Source of the DNA: Candidatus Latescibacterota bacterium
GTDB lineage: Bacteria > Latescibacterota > UBA2968 > UBA8231
DNA: 64,000 nucleotides
Assembly: GCA_965203355.1 (NCBI GenBank)
Contig: OZ241889.1
Location: 800,001 to 864,000, forward strand
Reading direction: 5' to 3'
The position numbers and the translations under genes were made by a program. Of this stretch, positions 1 to 11,485 are shown piece by piece. Below the pieces are notes generated by a model. That model was given only the letters and a program-made list of their open reading frames with translations, was not told the origin of the DNA and searched no databases. Each line of letters begins with the position of its first letter. The first letter of the stretch is position 1.

Positions 1-1173
1 CTAGTTGCATCTAGCGCCAGCTATGCTAAAAAAGAGATCGTCTGGGGTGGCCAGATTCGGCCGCGCTACGAATTCCGCGATCCGTTCGCCAACAACTACG
101 ACTCCTTCACCTCCATGCGGGTGCGGGCTCAGATGGTGGCGTCGCTCGCTAGCGATGTCGATCTGATGATCCAGCTTCAAGACGTGCGCTTGTGGGGTGA
201 GGAAAAGAATACCCTGACGGATTACAGCGCGGATAATTTTGACCTGCATCAGGGCTACGTTCATCTAAAAAAACTCGGCGACGGCGACCACTCGCTCAAA
301 ATTGGCCGTCAGATCGTCGCCCTTGGCGGTCAGCGATTGATCGGCGCGGTCGAGTGGACTCAGCAAGGTCGGGTTTTCGATGGTTTGCAACTGCTGCTGG
401 CGCCCTCGTGGGGCCAACTGAACCTGACGGCGATTCAGGTGACTGAATCGGACTCGACTTCGGCGCAGTTTGCAGACGACGCCTATTTGACGGGCGCGTA
501 CGCGACCTTGGACCAACTGCCGTCCAGCAGCTTGGATCTCTACGCGCTCTACAATAAGGACGGAGCCAAGGACACGGATCAGGTCACTATGGGGGCGCGT
601 CTGGCGGGCAAAAAGATGGCGTACTCGTATCGTTTTGAAGGTTCGTTTCAGACCGGTCAGCGCAGTGCCCAAGACGTAGCGGCTTTCATGTTCGGTGGGC
701 GCATTGGCAGGTCTGTGGGCGGGCTCGACCTCACCTTGTGGTACGACTACCTGTCTGGTGACGACGATCCGGCCGATGACAAGATCAAGGTCTTTGACAC
801 GCTCTTTGCAACCAACCACAAGTACTATGGATACGCCGATTTGTTTCTCAATATCCCGGTCCACACTGGGGGACTGGGGCTACAGGACTTGGCCCTCAAG
901 GCGGCTTTGCCGTTGAGCGATCAGGTTTCCCTCGGAGTCCATGGGCACACCTTCCGCACCGCGCAAAAGGGCGGCTTGGAGTCGAGCCATTTGGGCGAGG
1001 AAGTCGATTTGACGCTTGCGTACAAATATCGTCCCGGCTTTACCGTTGTTGCCGGACTGTCGCGAGTGATAGCCGGCGACAGTATGCCCCGTGTTACTCG
1101 GTTCAAGGATTCGATCGAGGCGTGGAACGGGGATATGACCTTTGCTTACCTTATGACCAACACAACTTTCTGA
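1..1173 (+). CDS. Alginate-export-family outer-membrane beta-barrel (5' end outside the window)
   Basis: Frame is open from base 1 (LVASSASYAKKEIVWGGQIRPRYEFRD...). Motifs DLHQGY, KIGRQ...GGQRLIG..EW.Q.GRVFDG, SGDDDP.D, FDTLFATNHKYYGYADLF, and a C-terminal Phe typical of beta-barrels. Confidence 0.75.
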   Translation, partial: LVASSASYAKKEIVWGGQIRPRYEFRDPFANNYDSFTSMRVRAQMVASLASDVDLMIQLQDVRLWGEEKNTLTDYSADNFDLHQGYVHLKKLGDGDHSLKIGRQIVALGGQRLIGAVEWTQQGRVFDGLQLLLAPSWGQLNLTAIQVTESDSTSAQFADDAYLTGAYATLDQLPSSSLDLYALYNKDGAKDTDQVTMGARLAGKKMAYSYRFEGSFQTGQRSAQDVAAFMFGGRIGRSVGGLDLTLWYDYLSGDDDPADDKIKVFDTLFATNHKYYGYADLFLNIPVHTGGLGLQDLALKAALPLSDQVSLGVHGHTFRTAQKGGLESSHLGEEVDLTLAYKYRPGFTVVAGLSRVIAGDSMPRVTRFKDSIEAWNGDMTFAYLMTNTTF

Positions 1174-1175
1174 CC

Positions 1176-1322
1176 TAAGGTGTTTTTAAAATTCCTCTTA
1201 TGGCCCTTTGCGTCAAAAAAGAACCTAGTAGCAATGGCGTCTCGCCCTCGGAAAACGCCCGATCCAGGAACCTCTCGACGGCCCGTTGAAGTAGTCCGAC
1301 GAGAATTTTAAAAAGGCTTCTA
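1176..1322. mobile_element. Possible MITE / IS-end remnant
   Basis: Perfect 12-bp inverted repeat TTTTTAAAATTC (1183-1194) / GAATTTTAAAAA (1303-1314) with imperfect extension, bracketing about 110 bp of non-coding DNA. Confidence 0.35.
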
Positions 1323-1342
1323 AGAAGCGTTTTTAACTCGAC

Positions 1343-1903
1343 ATGCCGCGTCGCATGACAAAGCCGATCTCCGCATCTGGACTGCGGTCCTTTTTCCAAC
1401 GTTTGGTCTTTCCTGGGTTCACTTCGTTGGGCATTGCCGACCGCGAAGTGGTCGAGTACGTCGTCGATCTGCTGGTGAGCTTTGCGCGCACCGATCAGCT
1501 CTACCGCATCCGCGACCTGCGTGGCCAGCCGCTTGAAACCATCGCCGAGATGCTGGTGGAACTCGGGCGGCAGCGGCAGCCAGAGCGGCGTTGGTCCTTT
1601 GACCGCGAGCTGGATATCCGCCGGCACGTAGGCGACTACGCGCTTTTTACCAGCGGGCTTTTCCGCACGTGGGTCGAGCGGCAGGGGCTTGATGGCTACT
1701 ACTTGGAGCAGGGCCGGAGGGCTTATGGGGCCGCCGCCGAGCTGGCCCAACTCGGCTTTGTGTCACAAGCGCGGCTCTTAGGTGTCTTAGAGGAGCAATT
1801 CGAGCACTTGTCCGGCGGGCTCGACTACGTGCGCAAAGTCTATATGCGGCCCGAACTACACGGTGGCGCGCATGGGGTGCTGATGCGCGAGCTAGGGATT
1901 TAA
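1343..1903 (+). CDS. Conserved hypothetical protein
   Basis: 186-aa helical ORF with natural composition; motif RRHVGDYALFTSGLF...YYLEQGRRAY. Confidence 0.7.
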   Translation: MPRRMTKPISASGLRSFFQRLVFPGFTSLGIADREVVEYVVDLLVSFARTDQLYRIRDLRGQPLETIAEMLVELGRQRQPERRWSFDRELDIRRHVGDYALFTSGLFRTWVERQGLDGYYLEQGRRAYGAAAELAQLGFVSQARLLGVLEEQFEHLSGGLDYVRKVYMRPELHGGAHGVLMRELGI

Positions 1904-4209
1904 TAGCTCAGGCCGATGCTGCGGACCAAGGTGCGGGTGGCCGAGTCGCCCGCGATCTGTAGGCGCAAGAGGTAGAGGCCGGGCCGGGCCATCGGGCCGG
2001 AGTCGCCGCGACCATCCCAAGTTAGCTGGTAGTGGCCGGCCACGCCCTTGGCTTCGCGCAGGGTGCGAACTAGTCGGCCGCGCAGGTCGTAGATGCGGGC
2101 TTCGATCGGGCGAGCGTCTAGGACCTTGAGCACGTCGAAAGAGATGGCGAGCGCGTCGTTGACGCCGTCGCCGTTGGGAGTAAAAACCCCCGCGCCCATG
2201 TTGAGGCGCGTGAGTAAACTGCCATCCACAGGTAGCGAGACCGCATCGCCCGCTCCCGCCAGATCGGGCATGGCATCGCCTGGATCAACCTGCTGACGCA
2301 GGGTGTCAAGCCCGCTTTTGCGCTCTAGAAAGGCGCGGAAGCGGGTATTGTTTTGGAATACAGTGGCGGCAAAACCTAGCTCGACGCGCTCGGCGGCCGC
2401 AATGCGCCTGGGCAAGTACAAGCGCAGGCCCGCATTCGTCGTTTCCACTTCGGCGTTGACTGACGCGCCGTCGATTTGCAGGGCGCGAAACGCTAGGGGC
2501 ACCGAGGCTTCAAGGGAGATGGCTTCAAAGCCTTGGCTGTCGCGGGCGAATTCTGGGCGGAGGAAGTACGTGAAGTCGGTTTGCTCGCCCGGCTCAACGC
2601 GCACTGGGTGGACTTCGCCAACGGCAGTGCGCGCCAAAGGGCGGGAGTAGATCAAGGTCAGCGCGTCGAGGGCAATGCCGACCTGTGGATTGTCGGTGCG
2701 CATTTCGGCTGCGAGTTGGACATAGCGCCGCGGCGAAGGCGAGCGGAAGCGGGTGCCCGGCTGGAGGTATTCCTCGCTCCACACGCTCCAGCCATCGCCC
2801 GGTTGGAGCGTGGTTTCGATGGGGCCGCGAAACGAGGCGATCAGCTTTTCGTAGCGCCGTTTGGCAACCTCTTTGCCGTTTTTGTCGAAGTAGCGCATCT
2901 CCTCGACGACGTGGTCGCCGGTGCGGCTGCGCAAGGAGAATAGGGCTCCGAGCGGTGCGTCAATTTCCCACTCAATCGCCGTGATATTCCAATTGGAGCC
3001 GAGGTCAATAACAGGCGAGCGCAGGATGACGCGGGCCGGATACCCGGCTCCGTACACTTGGAACTCGCTGATTAGCCCTAGCCCGTCTAAGCGGCCAGTG
3101 TTGTCAAAGTCGCTGCCCGACAGGCCGCCGCCGATGATGTTGCCGCCTTGGCTAGTGGGGTAGATCAAACGCAGGTAGCGGGCGGCGATGCGGGGAACAT
3201 CGTGGCGAAAATTGCGCACGTCGAAGAAGTTGCGGGGGTCGGGAGGAATGGAGGCCAGCGCCTGCCAGGCCAGCGAACCGTCGGGTGCTAGCGAGCCGTC
3301 GGAGTACTGGAGCTTATAGGAGAGGAAGTTGGCGTAGGATTGCCGCAACCGCGGCGGAATGCCCAGCGGCTCGCCCAAGAGCCAAATCGAATCAATCCAG
3401 TAGGTGGCCCCTAGATCGATGCGGTAGTCGCCGAAGGTCGCACTGCCGCCACTGGATCCTTTGGCGAGGGGATTGACGCGCCACATGGTCGAGAGGTCGC
3501 CGTCGAACATGACAGAAGGAACGCCGGCCACGGCGACGACGGCAGCCTCGACATCGACGGTGCCGCCCTTGGCGATCAAATCAAAGGCGATATTGTCGCC
3601 AAATGCCTTGATTTGGATTTCGGCGAGGGCGGGCGCACCGGTCATTTCGCGGGTGGCTTCAATGCGGAGAACTTGGACGAGTTCGTCGTCGAGATCAATC
3701 GTCACGTCGCGCTCTTCGTTGAAGGCAAAACGCTCGCTGTGGCTGTAGAGTAGGGTGCCTTTGACGACGACGTTGGCACTGTTGATAAAACGCTCGCCCT
3801 TGGAGAACGAGAGGTTAAAAAAAGGCAAAGGCGGTGCGCTATCGGCAAAGCGCAGGCGGACCTGTTGGACGGGGAGCACCTGCCCCAAGTCAATCTCGAG
3901 CCACCAGTCCTCTGGAGTCGTGCCCGGCGGTGGGCTCCAGCGGGTGGTGAGGTCGCCGTCAAAGGCGCGGGTAGCCGTAGATCGCGCCGCACCGGCCCCG
4001 CGAACCGCAGCCGCAGAGAGCGGGTCAATATCTTTGCCGCTCCGCATCGGCCGCAACGAGCCGGCTTCGTCTAAGCGCAGGCCACCGGGAGGATAGCCCC
4101 AGTTTTCCTCGATGTCCGCCGCAGTCATAACCAGACGCTCGGCGCGAATGGGGCTGCTGCATGGCACCAGCATGCACAGGGCTAAAGGCAAGAGGCGGAA
4201 TAGCGACAC
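1900..4209 (-). CDS. Secreted protein with discoidin/F5-8-like domains and a C-terminal FlgD-Ig/T9SS-like sorting domain
   Basis: Signal-peptide-like N-terminus; two AFDGDLTTRW / MFDGDLSTMW + IDLG repeats; C-terminus FTPNGDGVND...IYDLRGRLVRTL...WDGRGDSG...PGLYL. Start uncertain (GTG at 4209; ORF open to 4290). Confidence 0.75.
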   Translation of the reverse strand: MSLFRLLPLALCMLVPCSSPIRAERLVMTAADIEENWGYPPGGLRLDEAGSLRPMRSGKDIDPLSAAAVRGAGAARSTATRAFDGDLTTRWSPPPGTTPEDWWLEIDLGQVLPVQQVRLRFADSAPPLPFFNLSFSKGERFINSANVVVKGTLLYSHSERFAFNEERDVTIDLDDELVQVLRIEATREMTGAPALAEIQIKAFGDNIAFDLIAKGGTVDVEAAVVAVAGVPSVMFDGDLSTMWRVNPLAKGSSGGSATFGDYRIDLGATYWIDSIWLLGEPLGIPPRLRQSYANFLSYKLQYSDGSLAPDGSLAWQALASIPPDPRNFFDVRNFRHDVPRIAARYLRLIYPTSQGGNIIGGGLSGSDFDNTGRLDGLGLISEFQVYGAGYPARVILRSPVIDLGSNWNITAIEWEIDAPLGALFSLRSRTGDHVVEEMRYFDKNGKEVAKRRYEKLIASFRGPIETTLQPGDGWSVWSEEYLQPGTRFRSPSPRRYVQLAAEMRTDNPQVGIALDALTLIYSRPLARTAVGEVHPVRVEPGEQTDFTYFLRPEFARDSQGFEAISLEASVPLAFRALQIDGASVNAEVETTNAGLRLYLPRRIAAAERVELGFAATVFQNNTRFRAFLERKSGLDTLRQQVDPGDAMPDLAGAGDAVSLPVDGSLLTRLNMGAGVFTPNGDGVNDALAISFDVLKVLDARPIEARIYDLRGRLVRTLREAKGVAGHYQLTWDGRGDSGPMARPGLYLLRLQIAGDSATRTLVRSIGLSY

Positions 4210-4318
4210 GGGCGATAGATTGTTTTTTTTGAAAGCACAGTACGGCTCAAGCGTCGGATATAAGATATATTGGATTAAGGGCCGATGCATCCGATAAGCG
4301 ACAACAGATCGGTACTAG

Positions 4319-5071
4319 ATGTTTAAGCGCAGCAACATTACCTTTATCATCGTTCCAGAAAAGGGTCGCAAGACCTTTGAGTTTAAGGCCTCCAGTACAC
4401 TCTTGTGGTTGCTAGGGTGCTGCTGCGTAGCCATGCTCGTAATCGGGTCCTTGGGGATTAGTGCCTATCTCAACAAGCACGAGCTAACGCAGAAGGCAGC
4501 ACAGCTTGAGCAGGACAAGGCCCTGCTCTTGGAGCAAGTAGGCCAGATAGAGCAGCTCGAAGAAATGCTGGTCCGGCTTACGCGCGGCAATGATCAGCTG
4601 CGTGCGGTCTTGGGTGCGCCCGAGGCATTAGGCGAGGCGGCGGCGCAACCCCGCGAGGATGCGCCTTATATCCCCTTCATGCAGCGGCTGCGTTGGGGCC
4701 ACGTACATACCGTTCCCACCTTGTGGCCGTTGCGCGGGCCTGTGGTCAGGCCCTTTAGCGAGGAGCGTCCTTCGGTTGTTATTGCCGCGGTTGCCGGCAG
4801 CTTGGTACAGGCTAGTGCTGCGGGTCAGGTGCTGCAAGCGGGCTACGACGCGGACCTCGGCTACGTGGTGACTCTCGACCACGGCAACGGTCTGCTGACC
4901 CAATACGGCTACAATGCACACCTGTTCGTCGATGTGGGGGACTACGTGCTCAAGGGGCAGTCTATTGCGCTGTTAGATGAGGGGCGCGGATCGCGGAGGC
5001 CGGGGTTGTACTATGCCGTCCAAGAAAATGGGCGGTTTCGCGACCCCTCGCGCTACAGATTGTGGATGTAA
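4319..5071 (+). CDS. M23/LytM-family protein with TM helix and coiled coil, probably catalytically degenerate
   Basis: PTLWPLRG, V.A.A.G.V, LGYVVTLDHGNGLLTQYG, VDVGDYVLKGQ.IA and DP motifs are present; the Zn ligands are absent. Confidence 0.8.
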   Translation: MFKRSNITFIIVPEKGRKTFEFKASSTLLWLLGCCCVAMLVIGSLGISAYLNKHELTQKAAQLEQDKALLLEQVGQIEQLEEMLVRLTRGNDQLRAVLGAPEALGEAAAQPREDAPYIPFMQRLRWGHVHTVPTLWPLRGPVVRPFSEERPSVVIAAVAGSLVQASAAGQVLQAGYDADLGYVVTLDHGNGLLTQYGYNAHLFVDVGDYVLKGQSIALLDEGRGSRRPGLYYAVQENGRFRDPSRYRLWM

Positions 5072-5108
5072 AAAAGGCCCGCTGCCAGAGAAGCAGCGGG
5101 CCTTTTTT
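5070..5108. terminator. Bidirectional rho-independent terminator
   Basis: AAAAAAGGCCCGCTGC-cagagaa-GCAGCGGGCCTTTTTT between the convergent M23 gene and groEL. Confidence 0.9.
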
Positions 5109-5126
5109 GTTTGCGACAGAGGGATG

Positions 5127-6818
<1,692 letters not shown>

Positions 6819-6825
6819 CTAAAGA

Positions 6826-6852
6826 CTGGCACTCATAAAAAGAGAGTGCTAA
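6826..6852 (-). promoter_or_regulatory. CIRCE element (HrcA operator)
   Basis: Minus strand reads TTAGCACTC-N9-GAGTGCCAG versus consensus TTAGCACTC-N9-GAGTGCTAA; lies 59 bp upstream of groEL. Confidence 0.92.
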
Positions 6853-6872
6853 AAAACAAAGCTGAGCAGTTG

Positions 6873-6901
6873 AATATAAAAGCTCCGTCGTTTTTGTGCA
6901 A
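6873..6901 (-). promoter_or_regulatory. Sigma-70-type promoter of groEL
   Basis: TTGCAC-N17-TATATT just upstream of CIRCE. Confidence 0.7.
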
Positions 6902-7115
6902 GAATAACCTATTTCTGGTAGTGGTACATTTTGAAGTCTCCAATTGTCGCGGTACGGTTGAGTCGGAGCCGGGCGACCCGTTTAACGGGAACTACCCTGT
7001 TTCTGGCTTGTTTACGGGTGAGACGCACGTTTGGCCGGAGGCATGGGCGAGGATCGTCAGAGTTACTTTAGCTGATTTAGTTGCCGCCACGCTTGCCATT
7101 GCAGAGCTTGGTATG

Positions 7116-7511
7116 TTACAGGTGATTGGCGTTTGGGAGGCCCGCCATCTTCCGATCCAACGTCAGGGTCTCTAGCTCTACCCGCGTATAGTCGTTGACG
7201 ATTAAGCGGTCGAGGAGACCTGGGTCGCCATTGGCTTCGAGCGCGGCCAGTACGGTGTAGCCGTTAAGTGGTGCTATCAGTCCGCTTTGTAGCACTTGGC
7301 TCAATGCGCTCCGCCCCTCTGTTTTTGAGACTCCGTAGTGATGCTGCACGGCAATATAGGCTTCGCCGATGACTTGGTTGGATGCGAAAATTTCTGCGCC
7401 TTCTCCAGCTAGTGCAGTGAGTCGCCGTACACAATGAATAAACTCCGGTTCAGGGTCTCCTGTGAGCAGGCGGACCAACACCGAAGTGTCAATCCCGAAG
7501 CGTTGGGTCAT
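7116..7511 (-). CDS. vapC: VapC-like PIN-domain toxin
   Basis: IDTSVLVR..., E, D..I and TLD.K PIN acidic motifs; overlaps the antitoxin stop. Confidence 0.85.
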   Translation of the reverse strand: MTQRFGIDTSVLVRLLTGDPEPEFIHCVRRLTALAGEGAEIFASNQVIGEAYIAVQHHYGVSKTEGRSALSQVLQSGLIAPLNGYTVLAALEANGDPGLLDRLIVNDYTRVELETLTLDRKMAGLPNANHL

Positions 7512-7731
7512 GGGGTTGGTCTCGAAAAGACTGAAGATCGAACGTCCCCTTCCCACGCGCTAGCTTGTCTTTGAGAGGGGCGAGGCGCGTGGGGTCAATC
7601 TGCTGGGGTCTCAGTATGAACCCATCCGGGCCTTCCTCTAAGGAGAGCCGATCCCCTGGCCCTACGCCTAGAGCGTCTAATACTCTGGCAGGGAAGGTGA
7701 CTTGGCGCTTGGCAGTGATCTTGACGAGCAT
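7489..7731 (-). CDS. AbrB/MazE-fold antitoxin (VapB-like)
   Basis: KITAKRQVTFPARVLDALGVGPGDRL swapped-hairpin motif directly upstream of the PIN gene. Confidence 0.85.
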   Translation of the reverse strand: MLVKITAKRQVTFPARVLDALGVGPGDRLSLEEGPDGFILRPQQIDPTRLAPLKDKLARGKGTFDLQSFRDQPHDPTLRD

Positions 7732-7895
7732 GAGCCGTTCCTTTGAGATTACCTTACTAAAAAGATACATTTTGAAAGGTGATTTAGACAAGTGTTTGGC
7801 CCCTGGGGTTCAGTGTCGGCGGTAGCTGTGGATAAAGTGATGCTGGACTAACGTCGAGGTGCATTGGGTGCTATTCCCTAAGTTAATGTTACAAA

Positions 7896-8576
7896 ATGAT
7901 GAATAAAACGCGCGTTTGCCGAGTCGGGCGGATCGATTTTGCCCGGGCTTGGGCTTGGCAAGAGTCGCTGCGCCAATTGCGGCGCGCCGAGCAGATTCCA
8001 GACACGCTACTGCTGGTCGAACACCCGCCAACGTACACCGGCGGACGGACGACGCTGCCCGAGCATCTCCTAACCCGAGGGCTGGATGTCGTCGAGATTG
8101 ACCGCGGGGGCAGCGTGACGTTTCACGGGCCGGGCCAGATCGTGGCCTATCCGATCGTCGATTTGCGCCAGCGCGGTCGAGATGTGCATCAGTACTTGCG
8201 CGACTTGGAGGCCGTGCTGATTCGCACGTTGGCTGCCTATGGCTTGGAGGGCGCGGCGCGGCGCGGCTTGACCGGCGCGTGGGTCGGCTCGTCCAAGGTG
8301 GCGTCAATCGGCGTCAACGTACGGCACTGGATCACAACGCACGGTCTGGCCCTGAATGTGGCTACCGACTTGAGCTGTTTTGCGGCGATCAAGCCCTGTG
8401 GCTTGGGCAGCGAGGAGATAACTACGATGGCCGCGCTCTTGGGGTGCGCGTTGGACCGGCGCGAAGTCGAGTCCGAGCTGCTGTGCGCCTATGCCGACGT
8501 ATTCGCCTGCGAGCTAGTCGAGGTCGAGCGCCGGGCCTTGGCGGCGTGCATTGGCCAGCTCGAGCGAAAGCCTTAG
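7896..8576 (+). CDS. lipB: Lipoyl(octanoyl) transferase
   Basis: [40 protein letters not shown]. Confidence 0.95.
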   Translation: MMNKTRVCRVGRIDFARAWAWQESLRQLRRAEQIPDTLLLVEHPPTYTGGRTTLPEHLLTRGLDVVEIDRGGSVTFHGPGQIVAYPIVDLRQRGRDVHQYLRDLEAVLIRTLAAYGLEGAARRGLTGAWVGSSKVASIGVNVRHWITTHGLALNVATDLSCFAAIKPCGLGSEEITTMAALLGCALDRREVESELLCAYADVFACELVEVERRALAACIGQLERKP

Positions 8577-8674
8577 ATTCAAAAGCTGCGATAGACAGGC
8601 CCCGAGCGCAGCCACCGCGGTCGAACCGGGCCGATTATTCCATAACAATCAAAAGACACGAGGAGTTTTGTACT

Positions 8675-9928
8675 ATGGCCGATTGGCAGCCCCAGGTTCC
8701 CGCAAACGGCGAAAAAATAACCGTAGCAGATGGCGCACTCAGCGTTCCAGACCAACCCATCATCCCCTTCATTGAAGGCGACGGCACCGGGCCGGATATC
8801 TGGGCGGCGGCCGTGCGCGTCTTTGACGCAGCTATCGAGAAGGCGTATGGCGGTCAGCGAAAGATCGCTTGGATGGAGGTTTTGGCCGGTGAGAAGTCCT
8901 TCGAACAGACCGCTAGCTGGCTGCCCGACGCCACAGTGGAGGCCTTCGGTACCTATCTGGTCGGCATTAAGGGCCCACTGACGACGCCCGTCGGCGGTGG
9001 GATCCGCAGTCTCAACGTGGCTTTGCGCCAGATTCTCGACCTCTACGTGTGTCTGCGTCCCGTGCGCTATTTCAGCGGTGTGCCTTCGCCGGTGCGGCAA
9101 CCCGAACTGGTGGATATGGTCATCTTCCGCGAAAACACCGAAGACATCTACGCCGGGATCGAGTTTGAGCAGGGCACGGACGACAACACGCGTTTTAAGG
9201 CGTTACTGCAAGAACACTTTGCCGATCGCTACGGCAAAATTCGCTTTCCAGCTACCGCTGGCTTGGGCGTCAAGCCGATCTCGCAGGAGGGCACTGAGCG
9301 GCTGGTCCGCGCCGCCATTGACTACGCGGTCGCCCAAGGCCGCGATAGCGTGACCTTGGTCCACAAAGGCAATATCATGAAGTTCACCGAAGGGGCCTTC
9401 CGCGACTGGGGCTACGAGGTGGCGCAAAAGGCGTATGGCGGCGTGGAAACCGACGGCGGTCCTTGGACTCGCGTCGTCGTCAGCGGCACCGAGATCACCG
9501 TCAAGGATGCGATCGCCGATGCCTTTTTACAACAGATCCTCACGCGCCCGGCCGAGTACTCGGTCATCGCCACGATGAACCTCAACGGCGATTACATCAG
9601 CGACGCGCTGGCCGCTTGCGTTGGCGGCATTGGCATCGCTCCAGGCGGCAACATCAATTACACCACGGGCCACGCCATCTTTGAGGCCACCCACGGCACC
9701 GCTCCCAAATACGCTGGCCAAGACAAGGTCAACCCCGGTTCGGTGATCCTGTCAGGCGACATGATGCTCCGCCACTTGGGCTGGAACGAGGCGGCCGACC
9801 TGATCGTCAAGGGGCTGGAGCAGACGATTGCGAGCCGAGTAGTTACCTACGATTTTGCGCGGCTGATGGACGAGCCGACCGAGGTCAAGTGCTCGGAGTT
9901 CGGCACTGCAATCATCGAGAACATGTAG
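8675..9928 (+). CDS. icd: NADP-dependent isocitrate dehydrogenase
   Basis: [56 protein letters not shown]; RBS GAGGAG before ATG 8675. Confidence 0.97.
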   Translation: MADWQPQVPANGEKITVADGALSVPDQPIIPFIEGDGTGPDIWAAAVRVFDAAIEKAYGGQRKIAWMEVLAGEKSFEQTASWLPDATVEAFGTYLVGIKGPLTTPVGGGIRSLNVALRQILDLYVCLRPVRYFSGVPSPVRQPELVDMVIFRENTEDIYAGIEFEQGTDDNTRFKALLQEHFADRYGKIRFPATAGLGVKPISQEGTERLVRAAIDYAVAQGRDSVTLVHKGNIMKFTEGAFRDWGYEVAQKAYGGVETDGGPWTRVVVSGTEITVKDAIADAFLQQILTRPAEYSVIATMNLNGDYISDALAACVGGIGIAPGGNINYTTGHAIFEATHGTAPKYAGQDKVNPGSVILSGDMMLRHLGWNEAADLIVKGLEQTIASRVVTYDFARLMDEPTEVKCSEFGTAIIENM

Positions 9929-10407
9929 TGGCCGAGGAGCTAACTCACCTCGACGAGCGGGGCTGTCTCAAGATGGTCGATATAGGCGGCAAGGAGCCGA
10001 CCGCACGGCGGGCGCGGGTGCGCGGCGAGATTCACATGGATCGCGCGACCGCTCAGCTAATCGCCGAGAATAAAGTCGCCAAGGGCAACGTCTTGGAAGC
10101 GGCGCGGCTGGCCGGAATCATGGCCGCCAAGCGCACGGGAGAGCTAATCCCCTTGTGCCACCCGCTCAACCTCACGGCGGTCAGCGTGGACTTACACGTC
10201 GGCGAGGATCGGGTCGAAGTCGAGGCCGAGGCCAAAATTGACGGCCGCACGGGCGTGGAGATGGAGGCTTTGGTGGCGGCGAGTGCGGCTCTTTTGACGA
10301 TCTACGACATGTGCAAGGGCGTCGATCGCGGGATGGTGATTTCCGAGTTGCGGCTAGTGGAGAAGCGGGGCGGGCGGAGCGGGACGTGGGTGCGGGAGGA
10401 GGAATAA
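9928..10407 (+). CDS. moaC: Cyclic pyranopterin monophosphate synthase
   Basis: LTHLD, MVDI, AGIMAAKRT.ELIPLCHPL, TGVEMEAL, TIYDMCK. Confidence 0.96.
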   Translation: MAEELTHLDERGCLKMVDIGGKEPTARRARVRGEIHMDRATAQLIAENKVAKGNVLEAARLAGIMAAKRTGELIPLCHPLNLTAVSVDLHVGEDRVEVEAEAKIDGRTGVEMEALVAASAALLTIYDMCKGVDRGMVISELRLVEKRGGRSGTWVREEE

Positions 10408-10501
10408 GACGGGCGAAATCACCGCGCCATTGCTCGACTCAAGCCGCGACCGCCCCAAGCGAAATTCCACGGATCAGCCTGCGCTGGGGCAAGAGAGAAA
10501 A

Positions 10502-11428
10502 TCACGGCGCAACGGGGCGGGCGTTCGCCAGCTTGAGCAGCACGGCCTTCTGGCTGTGCAAGCGGTTTTCGGCTTGGGTGAAAATTAGCGAGCGCTCGTC
10601 GTGTAAGAGCGCGCCTTCAATCTCATAGCCGTGATGGGCGGGCAAGCAGTGCAGGATTTTCAGGTCTAGATCGGCGAGCAATTCGCGGTTGAGCTGATAG
10701 GGCTTAAAGGTCTGGACCCGACGCTCCTTTTCGCGGGCGAACTTGGGATCTGTGAAAAATTCCATGTCGATCCAAGTGTCGGTGTACACGGCGTCAGACT
10801 TGGCCAGTGCCGAATGCAGGTCCTCGGTATGCTCGTAGAGTCCCAAGCGCTTGGCTTCAGCGTAGAGTTCGTCATCGAGTGCGGCGGCGTTCACTTCGGG
10901 GCAAACGCAAGTAACGTGCATGCCGACTTTGACTCCAGCGGCAATGAGCGAGTTGGCGACGTTGTTGAGCACCCCGACGTATGTCAGCCGCACCCCTTCA
11001 AGCCGCCCCAACGCCTCCTGTAGGGTCATCAAGTCGGTCAATGCCTGCAAGGGATGGTAGCGATTGCAGCAGCCGTTTATCAGCGGTACCTGTGAGGCAG
11101 CAGCGGCGCGGCGCACATCGGCGTGTTCGAGCAGACGGGCGACGATAAAGTCGAAATAGCCGGAGAGTACGCGGAATTCGTCGCTTAAGTCGGCTAGGGC
11201 GAAGTTGGTGTCCTGCCAGTTCAAATAGAGGGCATGCCCGCCTAGCTGGACGGTGCCGATTTCGCCAGCGCAGCGGGTGCGGGTCGAAGTCTTCTGGAAG
11301 AGCAGAACCACCGTCCGTCCAGCCAGGGCGTCGGCGTAGTGCTGTGGGGTGGCCTTGACGGCGAGGCCGAGCTCGACAACTTGCTGCACATCGGCTGAGG
11401 ACCAGTTCTTTAAGGTAATTAAATGCAA
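10502..11428 (-). CDS. argF: Ornithine carbamoyltransferase-family transcarbamylase
   Basis: STRT, HPLQ, HCLP and QAENRLH motifs; the amine-binding loop is atypical (DTWIDM). Confidence 0.8.
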   Translation of the reverse strand: MHLITLKNWSSADVQQVVELGLAVKATPQHYADALAGRTVVLLFQKTSTRTRCAGEIGTVQLGGHALYLNWQDTNFALADLSDEFRVLSGYFDFIVARLLEHADVRRAAAASQVPLINGCCNRYHPLQALTDLMTLQEALGRLEGVRLTYVGVLNNVANSLIAAGVKVGMHVTCVCPEVNAAALDDELYAEAKRLGLYEHTEDLHSALAKSDAVYTDTWIDMEFFTDPKFAREKERRVQTFKPYQLNRELLADLDLKILHCLPAHHGYEIEGALLHDERSLIFTQAENRLHSQKAVLLKLANARPVAP

Positions 11429-11485
11429 TGGAATGCCTTCCTTGCCCTTCTTTTATAAATAAAAATTTGTAATAAAGAATAATAA

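Noticed and set aside
8279-8674. N-terminal extension of Icd (549-aa ORF)
   Set aside because: It overlaps lipB in another frame; the RBS and homology begin at ATG 8675.
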